Below, in pieces: positions 1-14,539 of a DNA stretch of 64,000 nt. Below the pieces are notes generated by a model. It searched no databases. It was not told the DNA's origin and saw only the letters and a list, made by a program, of their open reading frames with translations. This stretch comes from Octopus vulgaris (taxonomy: Eukaryota), in NCBI GenBank assembly GCA_951406725.2, contig OX597821.1:4402001-4466000 (forward strand), written 5' to 3'. How positions within the stretch are numbered: the stretch's first letter is position 1; each line of letters opens with the position of its first letter. Made by a program: the position numbers and the translations under genes.

Positions 1-262
1 TTTATATAATATATATATATTGAACAAGTTTAGACTATATCAATTATAGATTAATTTAAAGACTTTTTTGCAGTTTATAATGAACATATCTTATAGTCGC
101 TACGCCTTGCTGAGTTATAAAAAAAGAGAGTGATACAGCAATATGTAATAATTGCATCGATGACGGTGTTAATGAATATTGTATTGGCATAATAAGAGGT
201 GTTAATTGGAATTAAGTGCAAGGTGAGTGAAAAACAGTGAGCGTAATGCATCCTGTTGGTGG

Positions 263-353
263 GATAGATAAATAGATAGAAAGATAGATAGATAAATAGA
301 CAGACAGACAGATAGACAGACAGACAGACATACATATATATATATATATATAT

Positions 354-403
<50 letters not shown>

Positions 404-476
404 GGATAGCTAGCTAGATAGATAGATAAATAGATAGATAGATAGATAGATAGATATATAGATAGATAGATAGATG

Positions 477-510
<34 letters not shown>

Positions 511-538
511 TGGGTAGGTAGGTAGGTAGATAGAGAGA
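263..538. repeat. Compound microsatellite (GATA)n/(GACA)n/(TA)n/(GA)n/(GGTA)n
   Basis: Directly visible tandem di- and tetranucleotide runs. Confidence 0.95.
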
Positions 539-986
539 TTAGCTTTGTAGGCTGGTTAGAAGCACATTGACTGTATAGCTTATGGTGAGAATATTATCGT
601 CTCAACTAAATATGTCTGCCGAGAAGCATTCTGAAAATATTGATGATTAATATCCTTAGACAGTTATTACTTTTCGTGTGTATATCAACAAACCAAAACG
701 TTCCTTTACACGCTCTTGATATCATATACTACACTGTACGTCATGTCAAACCGTATAACATACTTCAGGTGAAATGCTGCTGAGGCAAGTATGTCTTCAA
801 AATAGTTGGGCATTCTCCAAGGTAACGTGTACTGTATTATCGTCCTTATTTTCTGCGTGTGGTACATTTGATATCACTTTCGAAAACACATGCAAATCAT
901 AGACGTATCAGCGAACAAAATGGATTACTTACGTTTGCTGTCTTCATATTTAAGGAATTCTTTTATTTTTTAAAAATATTTTTTCA

Positions 987-1336
987 TGTTTCAGTCATTT
1001 GACAGCGACCACGGTAGGGCAGTACCGTAAAGAAAGTGACCCCAGGATTAATTCTATGTATGCTTAATACTTATCCTATCGGTCTTTATGACGAACCGCT
1101 AGTTTGCCCAAACATAAACGCACCAGCATTAGTTGTCAAGTGATGGGGGTGTGCAAAGACATGTATATACACGACAGGTTTCTTTCAGTTTCCGTCTACT
1201 CAATCCACTCACAATGCTTTGTACGCCCTCGAAGCTATTGTAGAATACACTTGCCCAAGATGCAACTCAGTGCGACCGAACCCAGAACCATATGGTTGTG
1301 AAGTAAGCTTCTTACTTTACACCCAAGCCTGCGTCT
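987..1336 (-). mobile_element. tRNA-derived SINE, family A (diverged copy)
   Basis: Aligns by eye to 20345-20754 (tgtttcagtcatttgac...tttcagtttccgtctac...cacttgcccaag...gaacccagaaccatatggttg). Confidence 0.85.
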
Positions 1337-1726
1337 ATATATAAGTATTCAGGGAAAATGTATGGTGATTTAAAATGTTTGCTTAAGTATGGTCTCTTCA
1401 AAATTGCGGACTAATTACTCAAGCAGTTTTTAAATATGAATAAGACAGTCAACGGTGAAACTTGGAAAATATTTCTCAAAATTTCCCTTTTAACATATAT
1501 AATGTATACTCTACTGAAATGCGTTGTCATCGTTTAGTTAAAATATGATATGTTTTGCGTGGTTGTATATTAAAGAAACACGCATTATCGTATGTGTGCT
1601 TGTATGGCGACATATATTATGTATGTATTTCTGTACATTCATAGACACGCACAACAACACCCACACATACCGCACAGTTCTCCACACCCTGTCTCAAACA
1701 CACATATAATGTTTATACATATACAT

Positions 1727-1764
<38 letters not shown>

Positions 1765-1802
1765 TTTAGTTATATATATTTATGTATATATATATATATA
1801 TA

Positions 1803-1851
<49 letters not shown>

Positions 1852-3229
1852 CACACGCAAACTTACGTACACAGCGTAATATACGTAAATGACGTAAGAA
1901 CAATAATAACCTTTTGAAAATGTATTTCTTTAAACAAAACATTAAGCAGAAAACCATTCCCTTGTAATTTGCATTAAATACATAAACAACACGGGATTGT
2001 ATGCTGTCGTTCTTAATGTACAGTTGTCAGAGCATCTACATTAAATGTGGGATGCATTGATTGAAAAATTACTCAGTCATTAGTATTCAATTATGGTTAA
2101 GTATATTAATGCATTTAATTTTACTTCGCTTTTATTTATATCATTGAATTTTCTTGATGTTGCTTGAAAGATAATTATTATGCATTAAGACAATTTCTAA
2201 TAATAAATATTATTAAAACACAAAAATATAGTTATTTTATGAGCAGATTTGGCTTTAAGGAAATTATGTTTCTGACTTTGAAGGAATAAAAATAATAAAG
2301 AAGAGAATAAAAGCAAATTTCACTATTGACTTGGTAGTGTTACATATATGGAAACTATATGTAGTTGCATGCACGTTTGGACGAATGCCATATTATATGA
2401 AATGCTGCAAATTAAGAAAATATAAATTAATAGAAATGCGCACAGGCGTCGATGTGTTGGGAAAAAATTCTTTTCGCAACGATATACCGATGCGAGATTT
2501 GAACCTTCAAGTAAAGAATTGGATTAATCATTTGTGCTTTATTGCTAGGTTTCGATGAAGAACTAGCCGGTACTATTGGAAACCGGTAAGCTTTTTGGTT
2601 TTAATATTATATTCCGAGAGTTGTAACGTAACGTGTCAAGCAAATATATCAAAGTAGAGGAGATTCTAGAAGGAAAACCTGGCCGCAGCGGATGGCGCGT
2701 AGATATGGAGGTTGGAAATAGCAAGGAGTTATTATGGGATATATTTTCTATACTTAATGAATGTATATTCTCGTAATTCATTCTAGTTTTATCGCTTACA
2801 AATGAACAAAACCGTGGCGAAATTGTCGTCAGCCATGGATCTTATACTAAGTACCTTTAACAGTGTAAATTCAACAAGTAATCTTCCAATATGACAAATG
2901 CTTTTGTGAGAAATATTCTTGTAAAACACCTTATGACAAGATGTGTTATGTCCACTAATGAAGAATGGAAGAAATAATTAAACGGGTTTCTATACAGTTT
3001 CCCTTTAACACAACTCACCGACATGTCTTTAATCAAAGCAACTCAGACAACACACCTATATTCCAAGGCGGACCCGTTAATATAAAACGCCAAACCAATT
3101 ATTAGGAACTTGAAGATCCACCACCTCCGCAGAATAGATGTCAGTATAATTTCAATAGGCAAGACTGAGATGTGACCGAGCACGGACGTGGGACAATGCA
3201 CAAACAAACAATATATTAATATGTTGCAC

Positions 3230-3455
3230 ATACGCGGATGTGCTAAAATGGTCCTTGCTTTAAGGGTGTCAAGAAAGGTCTGGGTAGAGGCCTAAACTTC
3301 CGAGTGCTTTCACAAGACTTAGAAAAGCTGGGGTGCAGCTACATTAAATGATTGAATCTGAGAGAGAAATTTGATGAGTAAAATGATAATTAACTGGTCC
3401 TCCCGTGTATTCATTTACCAGACGACATCAAACTTTCAGATAGCTGGACGCCATA
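3230..3455 (+). mobile_element. Degenerate mariner-derived MITE
   Basis: Mariner-like start tacgcggatgtgctaaaatggtcc; internal relic translates FSQDLEKLGCSYIK*LNLREKFDE*, resembling a mariner transposase C-terminus. Right TIR is poorly preserved. Confidence 0.5.
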
Positions 3456-3661
3456 CAACATGTATTCAAATGAACTAGTAGCCTTTTTATTTTTCTTCAC
3501 TCTGTCCATATGTCAAAGGAATAGGTCGAGGGCTTTTCACACCCATAAATTCTTAAGTAATATGAGGGACTACGCCAACTTGTTACTCAGTCAACACACG
3601 CGTGCGCGCGACACACAAGTATATATTGGTGTCTGTGTGTTTGTGTGTTTGTGTGTGTTTT

Positions 3662-3718
<57 letters not shown>

Positions 3719-4291
3719 GTATATTTATATGCGTGGTTTTTGTGTTAGTGTGTGTATTTCTGTGTATCTGTTGGTGGTTGGGTGTATGTGTGTTGTGTGT
3801 ATTTCCTCATAGTGCAGCAGACCGATTTCGAAGTAAATGCTTGTATTGCACCTGAATGCAGCAATTCACACACGACATTGACCTGTTAGAAATGCAGGCT
3901 CAGTTTTGTCGTGGAGCAGTAACACTCTAAAAGACATAGTCTGACGAAAAAAAAAAAAACTATTAAAATGAAGGCCTTTATGAAATATAAAGGGTGCCTT
4001 TATGAAATATGGCAGCAGAGAAGCCAAAGCCACTCAAAATCATGAAGATGAGCGAAACATACCCTGCAAACGTCGAAAAAGAAGAATATTGAAAATATAT
4101 TGTTACAAGCAGAATGTAAAAGAATGATGCGTAGATCCGATTATATGTTTTAAAAACAGATTAAATTATAACATAGTCATGTTTTCACTAAGTTTAAAAG
4201 AAAGACACACACACATATATATATATATATACATGAATATATATATATATACAAACACATACACACATACATAGATACATACATACAAACA

Positions 4292-4341
<50 letters not shown>

Positions 4342-5228
4342 CGTATCTGTATACATACTCAAGTGTCTACAGGATATACATACACATGTATTTATCTCCA
4401 GAATACGATTGATTAACTGACTTCTTCGTTACATTTTGACGTCCTTCCATTAAATAATTTTATATGAGCTATTATTTACTTATTGAAATTTTTTATGATA
4501 ACAGTACATCTATTAAAATAACACTTCATCAAATAGTTCAAATATAAGAAATTGAATATCTCCACCAATAAGAAAATGTTCGCAACAATTTGTCGAAATA
4601 TTATTTGCTTTTTGTTGTCGTTTTTCAATTGTAATAATTTAATTTTTTTTTCATTATTATACACGTCATCATCCAAACAAATTCCAGTTCTATGTTGCTT
4701 TAGTTTGGTTTGTTCTGACAATAATAACAAAACAAGTAAATATTTTTACGTAAAAAAAAATACGTGTTTTAAAAAATCTATACGAGTATAGATGTTTTGT
4801 TACTATGTGTTAGTAATAACACCATTTTTCAATCGATATTCATATTATTCAGTCTCAAAGACACACCAGCATAATAGCGCACACATATATAAACGCAGGC
4901 ATGGTTATGTCGGTAAAAAGCTTGCTTTCCATGAGTGTGATCTTAGGTTCACTACTAAAGCCGCCCGGCTAATGTTGATTGTGTTTATTTTTTAGAGGAT
5001 AACTCAAGAACTCTGTTGTAAAAACGTACGACGGTGTATGGGCGCGTATCTTTATACTTGTGTTTGTCACTCAACACTTAATATCCACTGATTGTTGCTT
5101 TGTGTCGATGTAACGTATTGGTTCCGCAACTGAAATAATATACTGTGCATCAAAATGAGTCAATGTCTTCATATAAATTCTTTCAGCTGATGCCTAGTGT
5201 TGCCGCAATACAATGAATGAAAATATAC

Positions 5229-5260
<32 letters not shown>

Positions 5261-5263
<3 letters not shown>

Positions 5264-5386
5264 AATTAAGGACTGAACACAGTCTATATAAATATAGTAT
5301 AAATATATAAATATTTTAATCTTCGGATTCTTTCTTAATATGCTAGACCACTGGTCTTAATTGATAAATATCAATTTCTACCCTTA

Positions 5387-5395
<9 letters not shown>
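5261..5395 (-). mobile_element. Unclassified short element between (TA)n tracts
   Basis: Complex sequence flanked on both sides by (TA)n; minus strand has agggtag...accagtggtctag, shared with the 473-bp unit at 17341. Confidence 0.55.
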
Positions 5396-5445
<50 letters not shown>

Positions 5446-5538
5446 GTATATATATATACACGTATATATATGTATATGTATATATATATACATATATATA
5501 CGTATATATATATCCATACATATATACATACATATATA

Positions 5539-5572
<34 letters not shown>

Positions 5573-5723
5573 GTGAAATAGAAAGATGAATAATCTTGTA
5601 GTAGATTAATCAAAAGTTTAACCGATACCTTAGTAGCAAAAATCACAGCAGTAAAACAGCACGGTTGGAGGTACAACCATATGGTGTTGCAACCGTGCGT
5701 TGGTGCGGATAATTGAAATTAGA

Positions 5724-5855
5724 ACATTATTGGTGAATTGAAGAAATGGAGCTGAACGCAGATTGAACAGAAATCGTTTTATTTCATTCAGAATGAAATA
5801 AAACGATTTCTGTTCAATCTGCGTTCAGCTCCATTTCTTCAATTCACCAATAATG

Positions 5856-5856
<1 letters not shown>
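5724..5856. repeat. Perfect 66-bp inverted repeat with 1-nt spacer
   Basis: 5724-5789 is the exact reverse complement of 5791-5856; lies within a TA-flanked insert 5570-5856. Confidence 0.95.
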
Positions 5857-5886
<30 letters not shown>

Positions 5887-6019
5887 GAAATAAGTGGAAA
5901 TTTTACCGGTGAGTGTGTTAAATAATAAGGCACAAAAAGAAAATGACTCTCCCCAGACACAACGAATATGCTTCAACACACGAACTCATATAGAGTCTTG
6001 CAAACCAAATCCAAAAACG

Positions 6020-6064
<45 letters not shown>

Positions 6065-8349
6065 AAGAGGCATGTACGTGTGTGTGCGTACATTTGTGTG
6101 TGTGCGTGTGTGTGTGTGTGTGTACGTGCGTGCGTGTGTGTGCACGTAAAATAGAGTGAGAGCGTTTGAAAGCGGGAAGAGTATATAATGAAATTCAGGA
6201 CTTCGATATTTTGTTCTGTTTTCCCAAATAATATCTTTGAAGTCCCTAAAAAATGTAGTTCTTTTTACAATTATTTGCATACCCTGTTTATCACGTGTAA
6301 TAGACAGGACATATTTCCTTGGGGACGATATCTCATACATACATTAACAAATGTTTTCACCCCCAGTGTAACTTCTGATTAATGACATGAATTGCTTTTA
6401 TTAATCAAGTATTTAAGCCAAAATTTCCGAATCAAACATGTCTGTTGAGGACAAACATATGAAAATTCTTTTGACAGCGAGGGGTTAGGCGCCTTATTTT
6501 CTGTTATATATTGTATTCATCAGTTAAATATAGAAATACTTTTCTATGGGTGAATTATGTTATTCCATGTCAGAATTGAATATAATGAATCTTATTTACA
6601 TTCTACAACGCTCTTGTAATTACGTCATTTGCAGACATATGGATTACTTAATTACTTGATTAAGTCCAAACTAATAAATACATCTATGCATAACATAAAT
6701 TCATAGGTATACACATAGCTATATTTCACATTATAGCATAATGCATTGTATTGTATTACATTGCGTATTACATTATAGATTTGGTCACTGTATATCGAAA
6801 GATTATTTATATAACCCCGACAAATGTAATTTATTTGCCTGTGCCATACAGACAGAAATTATATATTGTCGGCACAAATCAGGCAAACGGCACTGTTGTC
6901 CACAAACGTGATATTTAATTCGCAAATGCAGACAAGTGAAACTTGAGTTCTGATTGTATATTTATATATGTTTACTGTCTTCTTGAAAACAGACTGAGTA
7001 ATGTCTACACATATATAGAATTATGAGCGACTTCACAGAGTGATGATTCTGAATACTATCTGCGTCAATGTTATCAGTCGATGCAGGACTTTTCGTTGGC
7101 TGAGAATGACAGACAAATTTCTTCTGCATGGTGCCTTTTTGTAAACGAAGTATTTGAATAGAAAATATAGAAAACGACAGAATATGTCGTAGTAGGATTC
7201 TTCTTTTCCATAAACTATCATGAAGAACCAGTTGAAGATTATAATGACAAATACGAGGAGAATTCAGTGTTCAATTCATGAGAACTAATCAGGGGTGTGT
7301 GTTGTCTTTTATGCTGTTGAAATTTCCCAAAATTATAGATTAAGTAAAATTTTAGTTTTGACACGATATCAATTAAGTGTTAGTTTAATTTAAATTAAAT
7401 ACCAAATCCCTCATTAATTCATTATACATTTCTTCTAAGCAATAACAACACATTTTGCAAAACAACATTGCACATATGCATATATGTTACATTTTATTCA
7501 ATATCTTAATTGCACATTACATATATATAAGAGGAAAGATCATAATATATTAATTAACTTAATGAAAACATATTTAGGTGTAATGAATTCGCGACTTTTT
7601 CTCCCGTGACCTTTTTCTGGGATTCATTGTAAATTTTGAATTCGAGTTATGATGAAATATGTCTATTGCCAGTATGTCAATTTGAAATCTGCAACTAATA
7701 TTCTAGCAGTAGATGACTCAGAACAAAATTCCCTCCTCTTTGAAACTTACATATTTTAAAATCATTATATACATACATACATACATACATACATACATAC
7801 ATACTGCATATTTGTGTACGTTTGAGTTTGTTTGAATGTGTGTATGTGTGTGTCTGTATGTACGTGCTAGCTATGACTTTTAAAAATACTGCGTGTGGAC
7901 TCAGGTTAGGGAGACCAGGTTTTTGAAAAGAGTGGAACCGCACGTTAGCCACAATTGTTCCCAGGTCTACTCTGACTCCGTACAGTAGCACCGGTCAGGG
8001 TTCCAGCTGGAATTTATTTAGCATATTACGGCTCCCCTACACATGCGGGTGAAGACTGGCTCGGTAGGACTCTGCGGAATACTATTTCATAATTCAGTCG
8101 ATGGGAAGACGGTTGAAGTAATTATTTGTTGAATGTAGAGGGCAATTTTGAATCAGGATTAGACAATTTGGTCATGCATTGCATCCATTTCCATATCTAA
8201 TTGACTTGATTTGATCTCTTTGGAGTGGAGAGAGTCGCGGATGGAGTGAGCAAGTTACTCGGTGCATTATTCATTTTCACTGCGCAAGATCACTTAAAGA
8301 TGACAACATATGTATGTATATCATTATCGGTATGCATACATTGTATGTT

Positions 8350-8762
8350 CTTATTTCTTTACTGCCCACAAAGGGCTACACACTCAGGGGACAAACAAGA
8401 GCAGACAAACGGATTAAGTGGATAATATCGACCCAGTGCTTAACTGGTACTTATTTAATGGACCCGGAAAGGATGAAAGGCAAAGTCGACCTCGGCGGAA
8501 TTTGAACTCAGAAATACCTATTTCTATTTCTTTACTACACACAAGGGGGCTAAACACAGAGAGGGCAAACAAGGACAGACAAAGGATTAAATTGATTATA
8601 TCGATTCCAGTGCGTAACTGGTACTTATTTAATCGACATTGAAATGACGAAAGGCAAAGCCGACCTCGGCGAAATTTGAACTCAGAACGTAACGGCAGAC
8701 GGAACAGGGCTATGCATTTCGCCCGGCGTTCTAACGTTCCTGCCAGCTCGCCGCTTTTATAC
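8350..8762 (-). mobile_element. SINE family B, tandem dimer with 18-bp TSD
   Basis: Two copies of the gtcgactttgcctttcatcc-type body; atgcatacattgtatgtt duplicated at 8332-8349 and 8763-8780. Confidence 0.92.
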
Positions 8763-10017
8763 ATGCATACATTGTATGTTGTGTCGGACGAACATATATC
8801 TGTATGCATATCAATGTCGGGCCCTTGTTCATTATAATCGAGACACCAGTTTTCAGGATGGGAATGTGTATCCATTCATTAGTAAGGAACACGGTGTGTC
8901 TGAAATATGATGTTATACTTGAGCAAAAAATAATTGTGGATTTTTTTTTTTTTCTGTTCATGTTATTTTAATTTTGGAATATATGCGTTTTTCTGCATTA
9001 TGACCTTTACAACTTTTTCCTTGCACCGAATCCACCCCGAACGTTATTTATTTTGCTGTTAAAGCTATGCTACCCGTAGGTCTCCAATGCTTATCTCTCA
9101 CTAAAGTTATGTATTGTACATTTTTATTCGACATTTTTACTATCGTGGTAACGATTTTCCTTAGTAGTTGTCAAATTCAAAGGAAAAAAAAGAAAACAAT
9201 TTTAAGCTTTTACTTCAAAACATGTTCAGATCAAACAGAAAAAAAAGAAAAATTTAGCTCGACAAGAGAAAACAATATAATAGAATAGAGATAAAGCAGA
9301 ACAGACTATGTAGTAATGCAACATATTTAGTTTCATGTAAATAAAGCTAAATGTGAGTATAAAGGTTACTGATTTCAACTCAGGTGATCTATCGACTGAA
9401 ATAACACAAGGGTTCATAATTGAGAATGTAATTCTCTCTCAAATACGATATTTAAGCATAAGATGTGATTAGATTTCTTTCACATGTCAAACATGTGCTG
9501 TGGTAGATAGCATACAATGCTGTCAATGGTTGCAACGTAATATATTGCGATTACAACATTCGATGAAAAAGCGTTGTAACACGTTTCAAAGTGAACTTGA
9601 TTGAAGATTTTTAAAAAATTATTTTTAATGATATTATGACTATATATGAACAAATATTCAAAAATGTTATGTAGTTATACATCTTCGTTCTCTAATTGTG
9701 TTCAGTCTGAGATAACTTGTCGACTTTTTTCCATGTGTGAGTCTCAAAATATCTAGTGTTATTGAAAACTAAACTCAGGCATATAGAATTTGCTTATTCG
9801 TCAATGCATGTAAGATCCGTATTCTGCTTAATGTTCTGCACAGCAACAATAATAATCTAATTGTATACATCAATTCTATTTGTAGATTCAGATCGACATA
9901 AATAACCATCATAGAACTTGAAAAAAGTACAAACTCTCGGAGTTGCATGTGGATGCAGGAAACGATTCTCCACGCATTATTACGTAATCAAAACATTGTT
10001 ACATACAGATAATTTTT

Positions 10018-10121
10018 CGCCCTTTTCAACCCTAGCCAGGCTCATGGGCCCGGTTTTCCGGTTTCTGTGGCGTATGTGCCCCCCCCCCCCTCCAGCTGGA
10101 CAGGACGCCAGTCCATCGCAG
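10018..10121 (-). mobile_element. 3' tail fragment of SINE family C
   Basis: Matches the tail of the 60246-60560 copy (cctagccaggctcatggg...gccagtccatcgcag). Confidence 0.8.
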
Positions 10122-10647
10122 ATATACAGACTTGTCGAACAGTAAATCTCAAGCAGAGTCGAAGTCGTTTGCTTTTATATATTATGTGCTCTAAGTGAAG
10201 CTGGACAATCTCTACGTAGTCGCCCCTTCAATAACGACATCATAGTAGCACTCCTACAGCCAGTGAGTCGTGGCCTATAATAAAGAAGGAAGGGCATCAA
10301 TTGGCAACAAAGCAGCAGGGCATGGCAAAATACTTCCTAGCAATATCACTGCGAGAGCATATCCTAGATAAGGTAATTCGAGAATAGAGTAAATTATATG
10401 GAACACTAGGGGAATGCAAAAAACAGTAGTTCCGTCGCTAGGTTGAACATACACGCAGCAATAGATGCACTCATACAGTAATCGAGTGATATTCAGAAGA
10501 CAATAAAAATCCACCCGAAAGGCCTCCACGTCGATTTGGGCCAGAATAGAAAAGAAGTTTACAATCGACCGGGAAATGGAAACACATACTGACAGGTAGA
10601 TAACGACGGCGGGTAGTATAGTGATAGAAGTACTACAGGTGAGAAAG

Positions 10648-10793
10648 TTGTGTGCGTGTGCTCGTGTGTGTGTGCGTGCGTGTGAGAGCCTGGTACTTAC
10701 TCTGTCGGTCTCTTTTGCTGCACTGCTACGTTATGGGGGGATGAGCACATCAGCGGGGACAAAGATAGACAATAACACACACATATAAATATA

Positions 10794-10864
<71 letters not shown>

Positions 10865-10907
10865 ATATATGTATATATGTATATATATTTATATATATAC
10901 ATATATT

Positions 10908-10939
<32 letters not shown>

Positions 10940-11164
10940 AGTCCCGGGTTGAGTCGGGGTTAACCACAGTAAATTGTATATATATATATACACATATACA
11001 CATATATATACACATATATATATTTATATGTGTGTGTTAGTGTATATTTTTGTCCCCGCTGGTGTGCTTATTCCCCCATAACGTAGCAGTGCAGCAAAAT
11101 TGATCGACAGAGTAAGTACCAGGCTCTCACTCGCACGCACACACACACGAGCACACGTACACAA
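10648..11164. repeat. Fold-back structure with ~160-bp imperfect arms derived from the SINE A 3' region
   Basis: gagagcctggtacttactctgtcg...cagcggggacaaa (10684-10763) is mirrored by tttgtccccgctg...cgacagagtaagtaccaggctctc (11049-11128); the flanking TG/CA tracts are mirrored too. Confidence 0.88.
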
Positions 11165-11205
11165 GTACCCTATTGAGTATATATATATATATGTATGTAT
11201 GTATG

Positions 11206-11239
<34 letters not shown>

Positions 11240-12465
11240 TGTATGTATGTATGTATGTATGTATGTATGTATGTGTACACCCATTCTAACACATATGTTC
11301 ATCCATAGATGTATATGCAGAACGTTACCACTGTTTACACAGATATGATCATTTTAATTATCTACTAATCACAGTCGAAAATTTCGATGCTATTCTTCCT
11401 GTAACAGCAACTGATATGAGTAGAGCGTACAAAATTGTTACAAGTTATTCATACTAAAATAAATACGATAGATATTACTCTAGGGTATGTCTAGTGTTGA
11501 ACGATGATGATATGTCAAGAGCAGAAGATATTTGTTTTGCTATCTGATTCATTGCTATGTAACACCAGTTAATTATATTCTATTGTAAATTCCAGTCGTA
11601 CTGCTCAATTGTCAAGATATTGAAATTATCGAATTTCAACAAAATGCACAAACTGACTGGTGTTAACATATCGGATGATCTTATGATAAATAATAATATA
11701 ACCTGAGATAGAATGTATGAGATTCTATTAAATGATATACCGTAGCATACAATCGCTCTCCTCTGTTCCTGAAGTTCAGACCCGGTTTACCAGAAGCTGA
11801 TGCGGCCCGTGAGATTATAGGAACAACTAGATAAGGTTGTCTGTGATTTTATAAACTCCAGAAACTAATAGGATCAACAGTATAACTTGGACCGTGTTAA
11901 ACTGAAGGAAGTCATACTTTACATGATCTATTAGGTGCGGTATTGAAGAGGAAGCACGAGTTATAAGCGCATTATGAACTAATAAGGATAATAGCCACTA
12001 AGATCGGCGAGTTAATAAGCTATAGAACTTGATAGATTCAACAAAACCGTGAAAGCCTGCGTGATTTGAGCCCGTGCATGCGCATCAATAGTGACGTCAT
12101 TTTCCATCCAAAAGATCGTGTCCACAGGGTCTTAATTTTGATAAGTAACAATAAAATTGTATACTTTTGAACATACCGCCATAATAAAACCGTGTCCCTC
12201 CAGTCATATGTGTATCAAGGACTAAGACTGAGTTCAGAAAACATAACAGGTTGGTATTTAAAATATATTTCATTCTTATTATCCAGGAAAGTGAATGGCC
12301 GTTCCATCAGGCTTTCAAAATTTAATCATTATATTACGGATCATGAAAACGCTATGATACGAGCGCGAACAACAAACACCCGTACATTCAAACACGCGAA
12401 CACAAACGCACACACACGGGCGCACACGCAGACAAACACATAAAAAATTCATTTTTAAAATAAAT

Positions 12466-12503
<38 letters not shown>

Positions 12504-12836
12504 GCAAGGAATTATAAGTTCCATATGTGTTGATGTAACAAAATCAATATATAACAACTGTGCATTTGTAAGTGGAAACATTACTTACCGGTTAAAAACC
12601 TTTTAGAGAGTGATTTGTTGGAAATATATATACTTAAATACACTTCAAAATGCACTCACTTACAATTACAGGCACAGAGACATACAGGAAGTTATCCCTA
12701 CACATCCATATACAGAAATATATTTTATTCCTTATTAATCCGTTTTATATAAACTTGATACTTGTGTATATGTTGCTATGTATATACTGGATTTCTTGCT
12801 GAATTTATGCAAGCAAAAATGCTTATGTATACATAC

Positions 12837-12897
<61 letters not shown>

Positions 12898-13027
12898 TAT
12901 ATATGACAGATATATATACATATAAACTCACGCTCAAACTCATATAGCGAGTGCACACGCACATAGATTTCATTGTAAATGTTTGTGTATACGCGCAAAA
13001 TATATATCCATATATGCATATGTATTA

Positions 13028-13078
<51 letters not shown>

Positions 13079-14228
13079 CGTATATATATATACACAAACG
13101 TATATATACATATAATTTACACACAAGCACGCACATATATATGAATGTATGTATATATATTTATATGAATATACATAATTACGTACATATATATATACAT
13201 ACATAAATGATACATATATATTATATGTGTATGTATGTATGTATGCCTGCATGCGTTTGTGCATGTATGTGTGTGCTTTTATGTATGTGTGTTTGTATGT
13301 GTGTGAGTTTGTGCTTTTGTGTGTTTGTATGCAAATTGAAGACTATGTATACATGCTTCACGTGTGCTTTAAAAGCAAGCAGTTGATATCAATTTCTCCA
13401 TGTTTTAAAACGCTGTCTGACTTCTCGCTTAATGAGAGAGCGGCATGTGAGGCAAAATGTGAAATAATCTATACTGAACTAAATCTAAATGGAGAAACGT
13501 AAGATCAACTTTGTGTGATATCTCTAAATCACATATGCCTTGAGGGAATATTTCGTTTTTCCATTCAAGAGCATAACTAGCTTTCAAGAAAAGATTAAAA
13601 AATAATGATCAAGCAGAGAACTCAAATTATTGCATTGAGCCAAACTTTTCACACCGTGAAATAAATAAACTGTTAGTACTGAAGGGAATTTTAATACTAT
13701 AGAATTCTGGAAAAATCTTCTTTGAAATTTCTCGTTCTCCATCGTATCTTGAAACTTCGTTCACATCATTCACTAATGCGAACTATTTCTCCTATTCTAT
13801 ATAGAACGCGCTGCGAACACATCTTCTCTCTCCCCCCTCTCTCTCTCTCACACTCACTCTCTCTATCTCACTCACTCTCTCTCCGCCCAGTAAAAGCGAA
13901 TTGATGTTTCTTTTCTTCGGTCCCATGGCCCCTGTTTCACGTGACACAAATGCTATTCTTCAAGCTTATTCAGAAACTCCTAGTCGGCTTTAGACTTTTA
14001 GGAATGATATTTCTCAGAGAAAAAGATCATATCGTATATGCAATTCTCATCAAACAGCATTGATTGCTCACCAAATGGAACATTATTTCTCTTAGTGTCT
14101 GTTGCTTTTAGTATTTACCAACCCATATATAAAGTTAGTACTGTATGCATGTGAATATGTGTATGTATATACATAAACATATGCATGTGTATATAGACAC
14201 ACAATCACTGATCTTTTAAAGTTGCATA

Positions 14229-14269
<41 letters not shown>

Positions 14270-14324
14270 TATGCAGATACACGTATATGTATGTATGAGT
14301 GTATATATATATATGATCGATCGC

Positions 14325-14493
14325 TATCCCCTCCACATTCTGTATTTTCTCTCCTTGTTTCTTTCTGTGGTCCTTTCTGTGGCAGAGCGTAGGTTCGAAA
14401 CGTTAAAGATTGTTTTATTACCGAGCGTTAAACAAATACATCTGTTTGTTGTCTAAACCACCTGTATTGGTCTTTTTTTTTTGTGAACTCTCC

Positions 14494-14539
<46 letters not shown>

